Part shown: piece by piece, positions 21,372 to 31,882 of the stretch
Position numbering within the stretch: the stretch's first letter is position 1
How the letters are laid out: each line of letters opens with the position of its first letter
From: Nitrospirae bacterium MYbin3
Lineage (GTDB): Bacteria; Nitrospirota; Thermodesulfovibrionia; Thermodesulfovibrionales; Dissulfurispiraceae
Reading direction: 5' to 3'
Assembly: GCA_002753335.1 (NCBI GenBank)
Contig: PEAD01000003.1
Span: 124,001 to 183,080, forward strand
DNA: 59,080 nt
Translations under genes and position numbers: made by a program
The notes under the pieces: generated by a model
What the model was told of the DNA's origin: nothing
The model's database searches: none
Seen by the model: only the letters and a program-made list of their open reading frames with translations

Positions 21372-23894
21372 ATGATCAACAAAATAAGTTTTTTAAAAAA
21401 TCTAACACTGAAAACCAAAATCACCTGTATGGTTTTAATGTTGTTTTTATCAAGCATCTGGCTGCTGACATTTTTTATTTCGAAGCGTGTGGAACAGGAA
21501 ATGACCGCACAGATGGAACAGCAGCAGTTCTCAACCGTTTCATACATAGCTGACAGCATTGAGGGACAGGTTAAGCTGCGTCTCAATTCTCTGTCATCAG
21601 TTGCCGACATTATTACTCCGGAACTAATAGCAACCCCCGGAAAACTAAGGGAGTTCCTGCGTCTCAAGCCTATATTGAGAACCCTGTTTCAAACCGGTGT
21701 TGTCGTGATTTTGCCGGATGGCAGAGGAATTGCCGATTATCCTGTATTACCGGGGCGTACAGGTGCATTGTTTTCGGAACTCGAGTATTTCAAGGATGTT
21801 ATGGAGACCGGAAGACCGGCTGTGGGAAAACCACGGATTGGCAGATTTTCGAAAGAACCTGTCATCGGTTTTGCGGTACCTGTTAAGACCTCATCAGGCA
21901 AGATTATAGCTGTGTTGACAGGTTATACACTGCTGACCGACCCTACGCTGCTTGGATCATATAAAAACTTTGCACAGAAAGACTTTGCGGACATTCTCAC
22001 TTTGGTATCTCCTAAACACAAGCTGATTATCACAGGAACCGATCCAACTCGAATGCTTACCCCAACGCCAAATACCGGAGTTAATCCTCTGTTCGATAGG
22101 TTTATGTCCGGGTTTGAAGGTTCAGGGGTTGCTGTTAATTCAAGAGGTGTCAAATTGCTGTTGTCCGCAAAACAGATACCGACTCCGGGCTGGTTTGTCC
22201 GTATGGGGCTGCCTACAGATATAACTTTTGCGGCTATTCGCTCGACAAAGAACTGGGCATATGCAATAGCCTTTGGCATGTCACTGTTAAGTTCACTGTT
22301 TGCATGGCTCTTGATCAGACAAACAATGCGTCCGCTCTATGATGCAAGCACTCTCATAGAGGATATTACGGATGGTAAGACGCCGCAACAGAATATCCCT
22401 GTTAGTCAAGATGATGAAATTGGTCAGTTGATAAGGATTTTCAATAAGCATTTTAATTACCGCATGGGAGTAGAGGAAAAGCTGAATCAGTCGATGTCTC
22501 TGCTAAATGCAACTCTTGAATCAACTACTGACGGGATACTGGTTGTTGATAATGCCGGTGCAATTACCAGCTTCAATGAGCGGTTTGTAGCTTTATGGAG
22601 GATACCAAAGGCAATTATCGACACACATGATGACAAACAGGCTCTGGAGTTTGTGTTGAACCAGTTGAAGGATCCGAACCAGTTTATAGACAAGGTTAAA
22701 GAGCTGTATGCAAACCCAGAGGCAAGCAGTTTTGATGTGTTGGAATTTAAAGATGAGCGAATATTTGAACGGTACTCCATGCCTCAAAAAGTGGATGGAA
22801 AGACTATTGGCAGAGTCTGGAGTTTCCACAATATAACCGAAAGAAAGAAGATAGAAAAAAATCTTCTGGACAGCGAGGAGCGTTTCCGGTTGGCTATGGC
22901 CGGAGCAAATGACGGGCTCTGGGACTGGAACCTGCTGACTAACCATGTGTATTATTCCCCTCGCTGGAAGTCGATGCTGGGATATGCTGAAGATGAACTG
23001 GAAAGCCATATTGATACCTGGAAAAGTGTGGTGCATCCCGACGACATGGAACCCACGCTGTCTTTAGTCAGCGATTTTCTTGAGGGGCGAGCTGTTAAAT
23101 ATGAAATAGAGTTTCGTCTGCGGCATAAAGACGGTCAATATCTTAATATCCTTTCTCGGGCAACAGTGGTGCGTGCAGATGATGGAAAGCCATTGCGTCT
23201 GGTTGGAACGCATGTTGACATTACAGAGCGCAAAAAGGCTGAACAACAGATCACACAGTCGCTTAAAGAGAAAGAGATTCTTCTCAGAGAGCTTTACCAC
23301 AGGACAAAAAACAATATGCAGGTCATCATCAGCCTCCTTAGACTTCAATCCATTAATATCGATGATAAAAAAACTTTGCAGATATTGGAAGATACAAAAA
23401 GCAGGATACAGGCAATGGCCTTGGTCCATGAGAAGCTGTATAAAGCCAAGAATTTGTCCCGGGTCATTTTAGGTGAATATATCAAAGACCTTGCCAACGC
23501 CCTGATGCAAAGCCATAATCCCGACATGGAGCAGATCTCGCTTCATGTTGACGTTGAGAATATCGGGGTATCCATAGATACAATAACGCCCTTGGGGTTG
23601 GCTATAAATGAACTAATGATCAACGCTCTGAAATATGCATTCCCGAACAATAGAAAGGGAGAAATAATAATAAGAGCCGGTTTCAAGGAAGATAAAATAA
23701 TAGAACTTACCTTCAGTGACAACGGAATCGGAAGCCACCCCAAGGTTAATATAGAAAAATCTGAATCTTTAGGTTTAAAGATTGTACATGCTCTCATTGT
23801 ATTGCAGATTAAGGGAACATTGGAAATGATAGTCCAAAACGGGACCATATTTATAATAAGGTTTAAAGATAAGGATATTCTGGAGGGGATTTAA
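21372..23894 (+). CDS. Sensor histidine kinase (Cache, HAMP, 2 PAS, HisKA_2, HATPase)
   Basis: Two TM segments, YFKDVMETG Cache-like motif, DEIGQL HAMP, DGLWDWN/HPDD PAS, ELYHRTKNNMQ. Confidence 0.9.
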   Translation: MINKISFLKNLTLKTKITCMVLMLFLSSIWLLTFFISKRVEQEMTAQMEQQQFSTVSYIADSIEGQVKLRLNSLSSVADIITPELIATPGKLREFLRLKPILRTLFQTGVVVILPDGRGIADYPVLPGRTGALFSELEYFKDVMETGRPAVGKPRIGRFSKEPVIGFAVPVKTSSGKIIAVLTGYTLLTDPTLLGSYKNFAQKDFADILTLVSPKHKLIITGTDPTRMLTPTPNTGVNPLFDRFMSGFEGSGVAVNSRGVKLLLSAKQIPTPGWFVRMGLPTDITFAAIRSTKNWAYAIAFGMSLLSSLFAWLLIRQTMRPLYDASTLIEDITDGKTPQQNIPVSQDDEIGQLIRIFNKHFNYRMGVEEKLNQSMSLLNATLESTTDGILVVDNAGAITSFNERFVALWRIPKAIIDTHDDKQALEFVLNQLKDPNQFIDKVKELYANPEASSFDVLEFKDERIFERYSMPQKVDGKTIGRVWSFHNITERKKIEKNLLDSEERFRLAMAGANDGLWDWNLLTNHVYYSPRWKSMLGYAEDELESHIDTWKSVVHPDDMEPTLSLVSDFLEGRAVKYEIEFRLRHKDGQYLNILSRATVVRADDGKPLRLVGTHVDITERKKAEQQITQSLKEKEILLRELYHRTKNNMQVIISLLRLQSINIDDKKTLQILEDTKSRIQAMALVHEKLYKAKNLSRVILGEYIKDLANALMQSHNPDMEQISLHVDVENIGVSIDTITPLGLAINELMINALKYAFPNNRKGEIIIRAGFKEDKIIELTFSDNGIGSHPKVNIEKSESLGLKIVHALIVLQIKGTLEMIVQNGTIFIIRFKDKDILEGI

Positions 23895-23897
23895 GGC

Positions 23898-24266
23898 ATG
23901 AACCAAGGCAAGATATTGATTGTGGAAGATGAGATAATTTCGGCGCTTGATCTGCAGGGCATTCTCGAAAGGGCAGGCTATGAAACAGCAAAAATCGCAA
24001 CAACCGGAGAGGAAGCGGTTGAACTGGCCGCCAAAGAAAAGCCTGATGTGGTGCTTATGGATATACATATAGAAGGGAAGATGGATGGAATTCAGGCCGC
24101 TGAGAAGATAAGTATGGCATTAGGGATGCCGATAATATTCATGACAGGATACAGCGACGAAAATATGATAAAAAAAGCCCAAGCTATAAACCCATATGCG
24201 ATTTTGAATAAGCCTCTGGAACTTGGGGTATTGAAATCAACCATCAAGTCGGCGATTGAAAGATAG
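23898..24266 (+). CDS. Single-domain response regulator
   Basis: ILIVEDE...LMDI...MTG...KP. Confidence 0.92.
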   Translation: MNQGKILIVEDEIISALDLQGILERAGYETAKIATTGEEAVELAAKEKPDVVLMDIHIEGKMDGIQAAEKISMALGMPIIFMTGYSDENMIKKAQAINPYAILNKPLELGVLKSTIKSAIER

Positions 24267-24279
24267 AAAGACTTCTCTT

Positions 24280-24987
24280 TTATTCTAACAGGTTTTGAAT
24301 TATGGCCAGAGATGCTATTGCCGCTGTGTCAGCTTTTAATATGCGTTTGCCGAGAGTAGTTCTTATGAGGCCATGTTTTTCGGCTTCAAGCACTTCATAT
24401 ACGCTGAACCCGCCTTCGGGGCCGATAACAATGTAGAGTTCATTTGCTGAAAATCCAGAAAGGTTTTTTTGTATCGGGGCTCCGCCTTGTTCCCAGAATA
24501 TCAGGCCGGTCAATTTCTCGGATTCGTTAAGAAAGTCACTCAATAGTTTAGGCTCAGAAACCTCGGGTATGTAAGCCCTGCCGCACTGCTCGGCAGCCTC
24601 TTCAGCTATCTTGTTCCAGCGCGGGGTTTTGCGTGTATCCTTTACCAGGCAGCGCTCAGAAATTAGAGGTATGATTTTTTTGACTCCGAGCTCAACAGCT
24701 TTCTGAATGACCATGTCCATTTTGCTGCCTTTGAGTATGGCTTGGCACAAAACAATGCTGATTGCTGATTCACTATCATTGGGAAGTTCTGATTTAATTA
24801 AAATGGATACATCTTTTTTCAGTATTGATGTTATTTCTGCATCGTAGGCTTTGCCTTTGCCGTTTATTACTGTTAAATAATCGCCGACAGCGCAGCGCAT
24901 AACCGAAGTTAGATAATGTGACTTTTCCTGGTCGAGGGTTATCGCAGAGTTAAGGCTGATTTTGTCGAGCGGAACGTAGATTCTCAA
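24280..24987 (-). CDS. rsmE: 16S rRNA m3U1498 methyltransferase
   Basis: QKAVELGV, EAAEQCGR, IGPEGGFS, LGKRILKADTA; located downstream of dnaJ. Confidence 0.93.
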   Translation of the reverse strand: MRIYVPLDKISLNSAITLDQEKSHYLTSVMRCAVGDYLTVINGKGKAYDAEITSILKKDVSILIKSELPNDSESAISIVLCQAILKGSKMDMVIQKAVELGVKKIIPLISERCLVKDTRKTPRWNKIAEEAAEQCGRAYIPEVSEPKLLSDFLNESEKLTGLIFWEQGGAPIQKNLSGFSANELYIVIGPEGGFSVYEVLEAEKHGLIRTTLGKRILKADTAAIASLAIIQNLLE

Positions 24988-24990
24988 TGT

Positions 24991-26100
24991 TCAGGCAGAG
25001 AAAAGATCTTTTAGCTTGCTTTTAAAGCCTTTTCCGTATTCGGGGTTGTCGTCGCCGCTGATGCGTGCAAACTCTTCGAGCAGCTCTTTTTGCCTTGGCG
25101 TAAGTTTCTTAGGCACATCTATATAGACGGTAACTATTTGGTCCCCGCGGTGATGGCTTCCCAGCTTCGGTATGCCCCTGCCTTTTACATGAAAGGTCTT
25201 GCCTGAAGGTGTGCCGGCCGGAATCTTTATTTTTGTGCTGCCGTCCAACGTATCCACTTCGATTTCTCCGCCGAACACAGCCTTGTGAAACTGTATCGGC
25301 GCCTGACAATAGATGTCCAGACCGTCGCGAACAAAGAACCTGTGCTCATCAACCGACAGTACGACATATAGGTCTCCTGCCGGGCCTCCGTGGCTTCCGA
25401 AATCACCTTCACCGCTTACCCTTAGGCGCGAGTTGTTGTCAACGCCTGCAGGAATTTTAAGAGAGATCTCTTTCTGCACTTTCACCTTGCCGCTGCCTTT
25501 GCAGTCTTTGCAGGGGTGGGTTATAACCTTGCCTGCGCCGTTGCATTTGCCGCAGGTTTTTGCAACGCTGAAAAATCCCTGCTGGAAGCGCACCTGTCCC
25601 GAGCCTTTGCAGTTGGGACAGGTGGCAGGTGTTTTGTCCGGCTCTGAGCCTGAGCCTTTGCAGGGTTCACAGGTCTGCCACTTTGGGATGGTAATATTTT
25701 TTTCAGCTCCGAACGCCGCCTCTTCAAGGCTGATGTTCATGTTGTAGCGGAGGTCTGAGCCTTTAGTGGTGCGGCTTTTATTGAATCCACCGAAACCGCC
25801 GAAGAAGTCATCGAAGATATTTTCGAATATGTCACCGAAGCCTGCTCCACCAGCACCGAATCCGCCCGCTCCTGCGCCTCCAAAGCCGTTGGCAGTGCCA
25901 AACCGATCATAATGCGCACGCTTGGCCTCATCAGAGAGGCATGTATAGGCCTCGTTTATCTCTTTGAACTTTTCTTCGGACTCTTTATCTCCTAAATTTC
26001 TGTCCGGATGATATTTGAGGGCAAGCTGCCGGAATGCCTTTTTCAGCTCTTCCTGTGAGGCATCCCGGCTTACTCCTAAAATGCTGTAATAATCGCTCAT
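24991..26100 (-). CDS. dnaJ: Chaperone DnaJ
   Basis: J domain HPD, G/F-rich region, four CxxCxGxG repeats. Confidence 0.98.
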   Translation of the reverse strand: MSDYYSILGVSRDASQEELKKAFRQLALKYHPDRNLGDKESEEKFKEINEAYTCLSDEAKRAHYDRFGTANGFGGAGAGGFGAGGAGFGDIFENIFDDFFGGFGGFNKSRTTKGSDLRYNMNISLEEAAFGAEKNITIPKWQTCEPCKGSGSEPDKTPATCPNCKGSGQVRFQQGFFSVAKTCGKCNGAGKVITHPCKDCKGSGKVKVQKEISLKIPAGVDNNSRLRVSGEGDFGSHGGPAGDLYVVLSVDEHRFFVRDGLDIYCQAPIQFHKAVFGGEIEVDTLDGSTKIKIPAGTPSGKTFHVKGRGIPKLGSHHRGDQIVTVYIDVPKKLTPRQKELLEEFARISGDDNPEYGKGFKSKLKDLFSA

Positions 26101-28038
26101 CTACTGCTTTTTCTTGTCAACATCTTCAAATTCTGCTTCAACAACATCCTCTTCAGGAGATTTTTTTGCTGAATTACATGCCGCGCCTGAGCCCGCACAT
26201 CCTCCTGCGTCAGCACCGGCAGCCTGTTCCTGTGTGGCTTTGTAGATATGTTCTGCCAGCTTGTGAGAAACCTTTGAGAGCTCTTCTGTGGCCGACTTTA
26301 TTTCGTTTGCATCGCTGCTGCTGTCTTTAGCTTTTTTGCATCTTTCGAGCGCAGCCTCTATATCCTTCTTCTCTCCTTCAGAAACCTTGTCTCCGTAATC
26401 TTTCAGAGATTTTTCGACCGAATATATCAGTGTGTCGGCATGGTTGCGCGCTTCGATAAGCTCTTTTTTCTTTTTGTCCTCATCAGCGTGGGTTTCTGCA
26501 TCACGCACCATCTTCTTTATCTCGTCTTCGCTGAGGCCGCTTGATGCGGTTATCCTTATCGACTGCTCCTTGCCTGTTCCCATGTCTTTTGCTGAAACGT
26601 GCAGTATGCCGTTGGCATCGATGTCAAAGGTGACCTCAATCTGAGGTACTCCTCTAGGTGCAGGCGGGATGCCGACAAGCTCGAAGTTGCCGAGGAGCTT
26701 GTTGTCATTGGCCATTTCCCTCTCACCCTGATGTATCTTGATAGTCACGGCCGGCTGGTTGTCGGATGCGGTCGAGAATACCTGAGAGTTTTTCGTAGGT
26801 ATTGTTGTGTTTCTGTTGATTATCTTTGTGAATACGCCGCCGAGCGTTTCGATGCCGAGCGAAAGCGGGGTAACATCAAGCAGCAGCACCTCTTTTACGT
26901 CGCCTTTAAGCACCGCAGCCTGTATTGCCGCGCCTACAGCCACCACCTCGTCAGGGTTCACGCTTCTGTTAGGCTCTTTGCCAAAATAGTTCTGAACCAC
27001 CTGCTGAACCTTGGGAGTCCTTATCTGACCGCCTACGAGTATTACTTCGTCGATGTTCGATGCTCCAAGCCCCGAATCAGAAATCGCTTTTTTGCAAGGG
27101 TCGATGGTTCTATTTACAAGGTCATCGGTAAGCTGTTCAAACTTTGATCTCGAAAGTTTCATCAGCATATGTTTAGGTCCTGTTGCGTCCGCAGTTATGA
27201 ACGGCAGGTTTATCTCTGTCTCTGACGCTGTGGAAAGCTCTATTTTTGCTCTTTCTGCAGCTTCTTTGAGCCTCTGCAAAGACATCTTATCGTTCTTGAG
27301 GTCAATGCCCTGCTCTTTTTTGAACTCGTCTATCAGCAGGTCCATTATCTTTAGGTCAAAGTCGTCGCCGCCGAGATATGTATCGCCGTTTGTGGCCTTT
27401 ACCTCGATTACGCCTTCGCCTATTTCGAGCACCGAAACATCGAATGTGCCTCCACCCAAATCATATACAACAACCTTTTCCTCTTTCTTCTTGTCGAGGC
27501 CGTAAGCCAGAGCTGCTGCGGTAGGCTCATTTATGATCCTTAGAACATTGAGGCCGGCTATCTTGCCTGCGTCTTTTGTTGCCTGCCTCTGGCTGTCGTC
27601 AAAATATGCAGGCACCGTAATTACGGCCTCTGTAACCGGCTCGCCGAGATAGTCTTCGGCCGACTGTTTCAGTTTTTGCAGTATCATTGCAGAAACTTCT
27701 GGAGGAGAATAGCGCTTGCCGCGTATCTCAACATGAGCATCGTTGTTGTCTGCTGATACTATGTGATAAGGCAGCCGTTTTTTCGCATGATCCACTTCAG
27801 GCGTATTGTATTTTCTGCCCATAAGCCTTTTAATCGAAAATATCGTGTTCTCGGGGTTTGTTATCGACTGGCGTTTTGCGATCTGCCCTACCAGTCTTTC
27901 TCCCTTGTCTGTAATTGCGACTACCGACGGAGTTGTCCTTGTTCCTTCCTGATTAGGGATGACAACCGGCTCGCCGCCTACCACCACAGCAACCACCGAG
28001 TTGGTGGTGCCTAAATCTATTCCTATCGCTTTTCCCAT
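26101..28038 (-). CDS. dnaK: Chaperone DnaK
   Basis: [36 protein letters not shown]. Confidence 0.99.
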   Translation of the reverse strand: MGKAIGIDLGTTNSVVAVVVGGEPVVIPNQEGTRTTPSVVAITDKGERLVGQIAKRQSITNPENTIFSIKRLMGRKYNTPEVDHAKKRLPYHIVSADNNDAHVEIRGKRYSPPEVSAMILQKLKQSAEDYLGEPVTEAVITVPAYFDDSQRQATKDAGKIAGLNVLRIINEPTAAALAYGLDKKKEEKVVVYDLGGGTFDVSVLEIGEGVIEVKATNGDTYLGGDDFDLKIMDLLIDEFKKEQGIDLKNDKMSLQRLKEAAERAKIELSTASETEINLPFITADATGPKHMLMKLSRSKFEQLTDDLVNRTIDPCKKAISDSGLGASNIDEVILVGGQIRTPKVQQVVQNYFGKEPNRSVNPDEVVAVGAAIQAAVLKGDVKEVLLLDVTPLSLGIETLGGVFTKIINRNTTIPTKNSQVFSTASDNQPAVTIKIHQGEREMANDNKLLGNFELVGIPPAPRGVPQIEVTFDIDANGILHVSAKDMGTGKEQSIRITASSGLSEDEIKKMVRDAETHADEDKKKKELIEARNHADTLIYSVEKSLKDYGDKVSEGEKKDIEAALERCKKAKDSSSDANEIKSATEELSKVSHKLAEHIYKATQEQAAGADAGGCAGSGAACNSAKKSPEEDVVEAEFEDVDKKKQ

Positions 28039-28067
28039 GATAAAACCTCCTGTATTTTTGGTTTAGT

Positions 28068-28607
28068 TTATTCGCTGTTATTTTCTGATGTTCTTTTGCT
28101 GACAGTTACAAGCGTTGCCCTGAGCACTTTTTCTTTGTACATATAGCCTTTTCTAAGCTCCTGAACCACCATATTCTCATCCATGTCGTTTCTCTCCACC
28201 TGCGACATTGCGTGATGCACCGAGGGATCGAAGGCTTTCCCTGCTGCCTCGATCTGCGTCAATCCGAATTTTTCGAGGGTTCTGTTCATCTCTCTCAATG
28301 TGTTCTCCACCCCTTTGGCAAGAGCGCTCAATGCTTCTGAATTGCCTGTTGAGGAGTGCTGGAGAGCCATGTCTAGGCTGTCCATGACAGGCAAGAGTTC
28401 ATAAACTATAGACTCATTTGCATATTTGAGAACTTCATCTTTGTCTTTTAATGCCTTTCTCCTGTAGTTTTCAAACTCTGCGTAGAGCCTCAGATGCTTG
28501 TCCTTGTATTCGTCGCGCTCTGCACGAAGAGTGTCGCATGTCTCTTGCTGTGTTTCGGTAGCTGCTGCTGTTTCATCAATTTCTGTTGTCTGTGTGCTAT
28601 CTTCCAT
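28068..28607 (-). CDS. grpE: Nucleotide exchange factor GrpE
   Basis: RLYAEFENYRR, FDPSVHHAM, GY...VLRAT.V.V. Confidence 0.96.
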   Translation of the reverse strand: MEDSTQTTEIDETAAATETQQETCDTLRAERDEYKDKHLRLYAEFENYRRKALKDKDEVLKYANESIVYELLPVMDSLDMALQHSSTGNSEALSALAKGVENTLREMNRTLEKFGLTQIEAAGKAFDPSVHHAMSQVERNDMDENMVVQELRKGYMYKEKVLRATLVTVSKRTSENNSE

Positions 28608-28622
28608 TATCGCACCTCCTTC

Positions 28623-29666
28623 TCAGCCTTTGAGTGTTTTGCTTATGCAGCCTGCAACGGTTTCGACCATGAATATCGCCTTGGAATAATCCATGCGGGT
28701 GGGGCCGATGAGCGCAATCAGTCCAATGTTTCTGTCACCCTCTTTGTAAGGCGAGGTTACTATGCTGAGATTTTTTAGTTCAGTCACAGGGTTTTCATCG
28801 CCTATCATGACCTGAACGCCCTCGTTGTCCGAAAGCGCATCAAGCAGCCTCAAAATCGTGTGTTTGTCTTTTATCGCTTTTGATATTTCTTTAATCCTTG
28901 AAATGTCAGAAAAATCGGGCAGGTTCATCACATCATGCAGCCCCGAGAAGTAGATGTCACTCTCAGAAAATGACAATATTTCTTCGCATAGCGTTATGGC
29001 TCGTGATATCAACTTGTCCCACAGCATCTTGTCCGCTTTCATTCTGCCTATCAGAACGCTCTTGATATCGTCTATGGTGCGGCCTGCGTATTCGTTGTTA
29101 AGATATTCTGCGATTCGGTTCAGATCATCCTGAGAAAGCGAGGGGTCCGATTTTATGATCTTGTGCTTCATTACGCCTTCATCGGTCAGTATTATGGCCA
29201 CAACATGATCGCTCTTGTATTTCATAAAATCGATTCTGGTGAAATGCGATTTTTCGGGTTTAGGCGGAAGTGCTACGCCCACATAATTCGACATGGATGA
29301 AAGAGTATTGGACACCTCAGAGAACATGCCTGTAATGTCGTTCTTTATTTCATCCAGCTTTCTTGAAAAATTGTCTATGAATGCGGTCTCTATGCCGCTT
29401 GTATTGATTTTTCTGTCCTGCCCCAGAAGCGAGTTTACATAAAACCTGTACCCTTTGTCTGTAGGCACCCGACCTGCGGATGTGTGTGGCTGACTCAGAA
29501 ATCCCATGTCTTCAAGATCCGCCATGATATTTCGTATTGTGGCGGGCGAGAAGCCAAAAGAATATTTCTTGGTCACGAACCTGGACCCCACCGGATCAGG
29601 CTTGTTTATGTAACTTTGTATTATGGCGTAAAGTATCTGTTTGCTTCGTTCATCAAGGGGGTCCAT
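28623..29666 (-). CDS. hrcA: Heat-inducible transcription repressor HrcA
   Basis: PVGSR...SPATIRNIMADLE...QPHTSAGRVPTDKGYRFYV; IGPTRMDY. Confidence 0.97.
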   Translation of the reverse strand: MDPLDERSKQILYAIIQSYINKPDPVGSRFVTKKYSFGFSPATIRNIMADLEDMGFLSQPHTSAGRVPTDKGYRFYVNSLLGQDRKINTSGIETAFIDNFSRKLDEIKNDITGMFSEVSNTLSSMSNYVGVALPPKPEKSHFTRIDFMKYKSDHVVAIILTDEGVMKHKIIKSDPSLSQDDLNRIAEYLNNEYAGRTIDDIKSVLIGRMKADKMLWDKLISRAITLCEEILSFSESDIYFSGLHDVMNLPDFSDISRIKEISKAIKDKHTILRLLDALSDNEGVQVMIGDENPVTELKNLSIVTSPYKEGDRNIGLIALIGPTRMDYSKAIFMVETVAGCISKTLKG

Positions 29667-29670
29667 GACG

Positions 29671-29697
29671 TTAGCACTCTCCTTGTTCGAGTGCTAA
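29671..29697 (-). promoter_or_regulatory. CIRCE element (HrcA operator)
   Basis: Exact consensus TTAGCACTC-N9-GAGTGCTAA ending 4 nt before the hrcA start; minus-strand TTGACA at 29728-29723. Confidence 0.97.
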
Positions 29698-29769
29698 TAA
29701 TTTAACAAGTATTCGGCAGGGCTGTCAAGCAGGATATTTAACAGATTGATTTTAAAAGGCTTTTGAGAG

Positions 29770-30606
29770 CTACCAGTTCAGTTTTCTCTGCATCAGTTTT
29801 TCGTACATTTTAGGCGGCATGAACGCCTGCTGATGGATTTCGTCGCTGTAATATCTGGTGTCAACCTTGAATTCACGCCTCATTTTGCGCATGTCATGCT
29901 TTTTGGAGGCTGCCGAAAATGTCCACCAGTTTCCGGCATATGTGGCGATGTTGGCTGTGTAGAGGTCCACAGTAGGGAATATAAGCTTCATCGCCTCCTG
30001 CACCTCTATTACCATGTCTTTGTGAAAATGCAGGGATTCAGAAAGCGTTACCAGCATTCCCTCATCGGTTAAGCAGTCTTTTACAGACTTGAAGAACTCT
30101 ACTGTGAAAAGGCTTTTTGCGAAGCCCACAATGTCGGTCGAGTCAACTATCACAACGTCAATGTCGCCGTCACGGCCCTTCACGAACTCCGCTCCGTCCA
30201 TGCATTTTATCTCTACACGCTTATCATCCACACCGCAGGCTACCGATGGGAAATATTTTTTCGATACGTTTATGACCTCTTCGTCTATCTCGATGAAATA
30301 GACCTTCTCAACGCTGTCATGGCGCAGCACTTCCCTTACTGTGCCGCCGTCACCGCCTCCGATTACGATCACGTTTTTCGGATTAGGGTGAGCATGCATC
30401 ACCGGATGTACAAGCATCTCATGGTAGAAAAGCTCATCCCTTTCCGTAATCTGAACCACACCGTCAAGTATAAGCATCTTGCCGAAGTGTTTGTTCTCTA
30501 TCACCATAATATCCTGAAAAGTGCTGCTGCTTTTATGCAGGACGTTTTCCACTTCATAGACATACTGTATAGGCGCATAAGGGTCTTTCTCGAAAAATTT
30601 GATCAT
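29770..30606 (-). CDS. speE: Polyamine aminopropyltransferase (spermidine synthase)
   Basis: LDGVVQ...YHEM, IGGGDGG, EIDEEV, DVVIVDSTD. Confidence 0.93.
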   Translation of the reverse strand: MIKFFEKDPYAPIQYVYEVENVLHKSSSTFQDIMVIENKHFGKMLILDGVVQITERDELFYHEMLVHPVMHAHPNPKNVIVIGGGDGGTVREVLRHDSVEKVYFIEIDEEVINVSKKYFPSVACGVDDKRVEIKCMDGAEFVKGRDGDIDVVIVDSTDIVGFAKSLFTVEFFKSVKDCLTDEGMLVTLSESLHFHKDMVIEVQEAMKLIFPTVDLYTANIATYAGNWWTFSAASKKHDMRKMRREFKVDTRYYSDEIHQQAFMPPKMYEKLMQRKLNW

Positions 30607-30621
30607 AACTCCTCCTAATCT

Positions 30622-31755
30622 TTATATCAAAATTGTCTTGGGTATCGAAAAGCCGTTGAACTCCGAGGCGTAAGAAATGGTATATGCCCCGCTCGAAAGT
30701 ATCAATATTCGGTTGCCCAACTCAGGTTCTGGCAGCAGGACATCTTTATCAATTACATCGAAGCTGTCGCAGCTCGGGCCGGAGATGGTCCATTTCATCG
30801 GATCGTTTCTGCTGCCAACAACGTATGTGTATTTGATTCCGCCAATGCTTTCCATCAGGCCGTTGAAAACTCCTACATCAATATGGAGCCAGTTCTCGTC
30901 TCCGCGTTTTGTTTTTCCGATAACGGTCGAGACGAATATTCCTGCATCGCCTACAACTGCTCGTCCAGGTTCGATAAACACCTCGACATCATCAGAAAAC
31001 TTCTGCTTCAGGGCCTTGTTTATTTTTTTCTCTATGGTTTCGATGTCAGCAACATTTTTTGTGTATCTGATAGGGTAGCCGCCGCCGATATTCAGTATTT
31101 TGAGAGATATGCCTTTTTGTGAAAGACTTTCCCAAAGCTCTCTTGCCTTATCAATCGCGGTGTTCCAGTTATAAACATTGTTGCATTGCGAGCCTACATG
31201 AAAGGTTATTCCAACAGGGTCGAGGCCTTTATCTTTCGCATAGATTAGCAGCTGCTCCGCCTCTTCCATCTCGACCCCGAACTTCTTGCTCAGAGGCCAT
31301 TCGCTGCCCTCGTTAGGCACGGTCAGCCTGATATAAACTTTGCAGCCGGGCGCATACTTTGCCAGCTTGTCAACCTCAGCTATCGAATCGAAGGCATAGT
31401 AACTAACTCCATAATCAACCGCGTGTTCAAGAAATCTGAAGGTTTTGACCGGATTGCTGGTGATTATTTTTTCTGGAGGAACGTTCAGTGTTGAGAGCAG
31501 CGCGAGTTCTCCCTCTGAGGCTATCTCAAAGCCTGTGCCTAGAGAATGCATGAGTTTTATGACAGAGATGTCAGGGTTTGCCTTTACAGCATAAAAGACC
31601 TTCGAGTTTCTGATACCTTTCCCTATAAGCGAAACCTTGTCAGCTACCATCTGACTGTCCATAAGGAGGTAAGGCGGCGACTCATCGCTGAGCGCGATGT
31701 AGTTAAGCACCTTGTTCCAAGTCTCTTTGCTTATGAATCCTGAAGGCAGTTCCAA
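30622..31755 (-). CDS. Fold-type III PLP ornithine/lysine decarboxylase
   Basis: FYAVKAN (PLP lysine), SKKFG, FHVGSQ, NIGGG, EPGR, GPSCDSFD, GAYT; TTG start after AAGGAG. Confidence 0.9.
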   Translation of the reverse strand: MELPSGFISKETWNKVLNYIALSDESPPYLLMDSQMVADKVSLIGKGIRNSKVFYAVKANPDISVIKLMHSLGTGFEIASEGELALLSTLNVPPEKIITSNPVKTFRFLEHAVDYGVSYYAFDSIAEVDKLAKYAPGCKVYIRLTVPNEGSEWPLSKKFGVEMEEAEQLLIYAKDKGLDPVGITFHVGSQCNNVYNWNTAIDKARELWESLSQKGISLKILNIGGGYPIRYTKNVADIETIEKKINKALKQKFSDDVEVFIEPGRAVVGDAGIFVSTVIGKTKRGDENWLHIDVGVFNGLMESIGGIKYTYVVGSRNDPMKWTISGPSCDSFDVIDKDVLLPEPELGNRILILSSGAYTISYASEFNGFSIPKTILI

Positions 31756-31882
31756 TATATTATCTCCTTAAAAAAATCAGATGAAAATTATACAACATGT
31801 GGAGCTTTAAAATCATTCGCCGAATTTCTATAGTTGCATATTACTATTTGAAGAAAAAGAACTATCCGGTTAACATATACAA

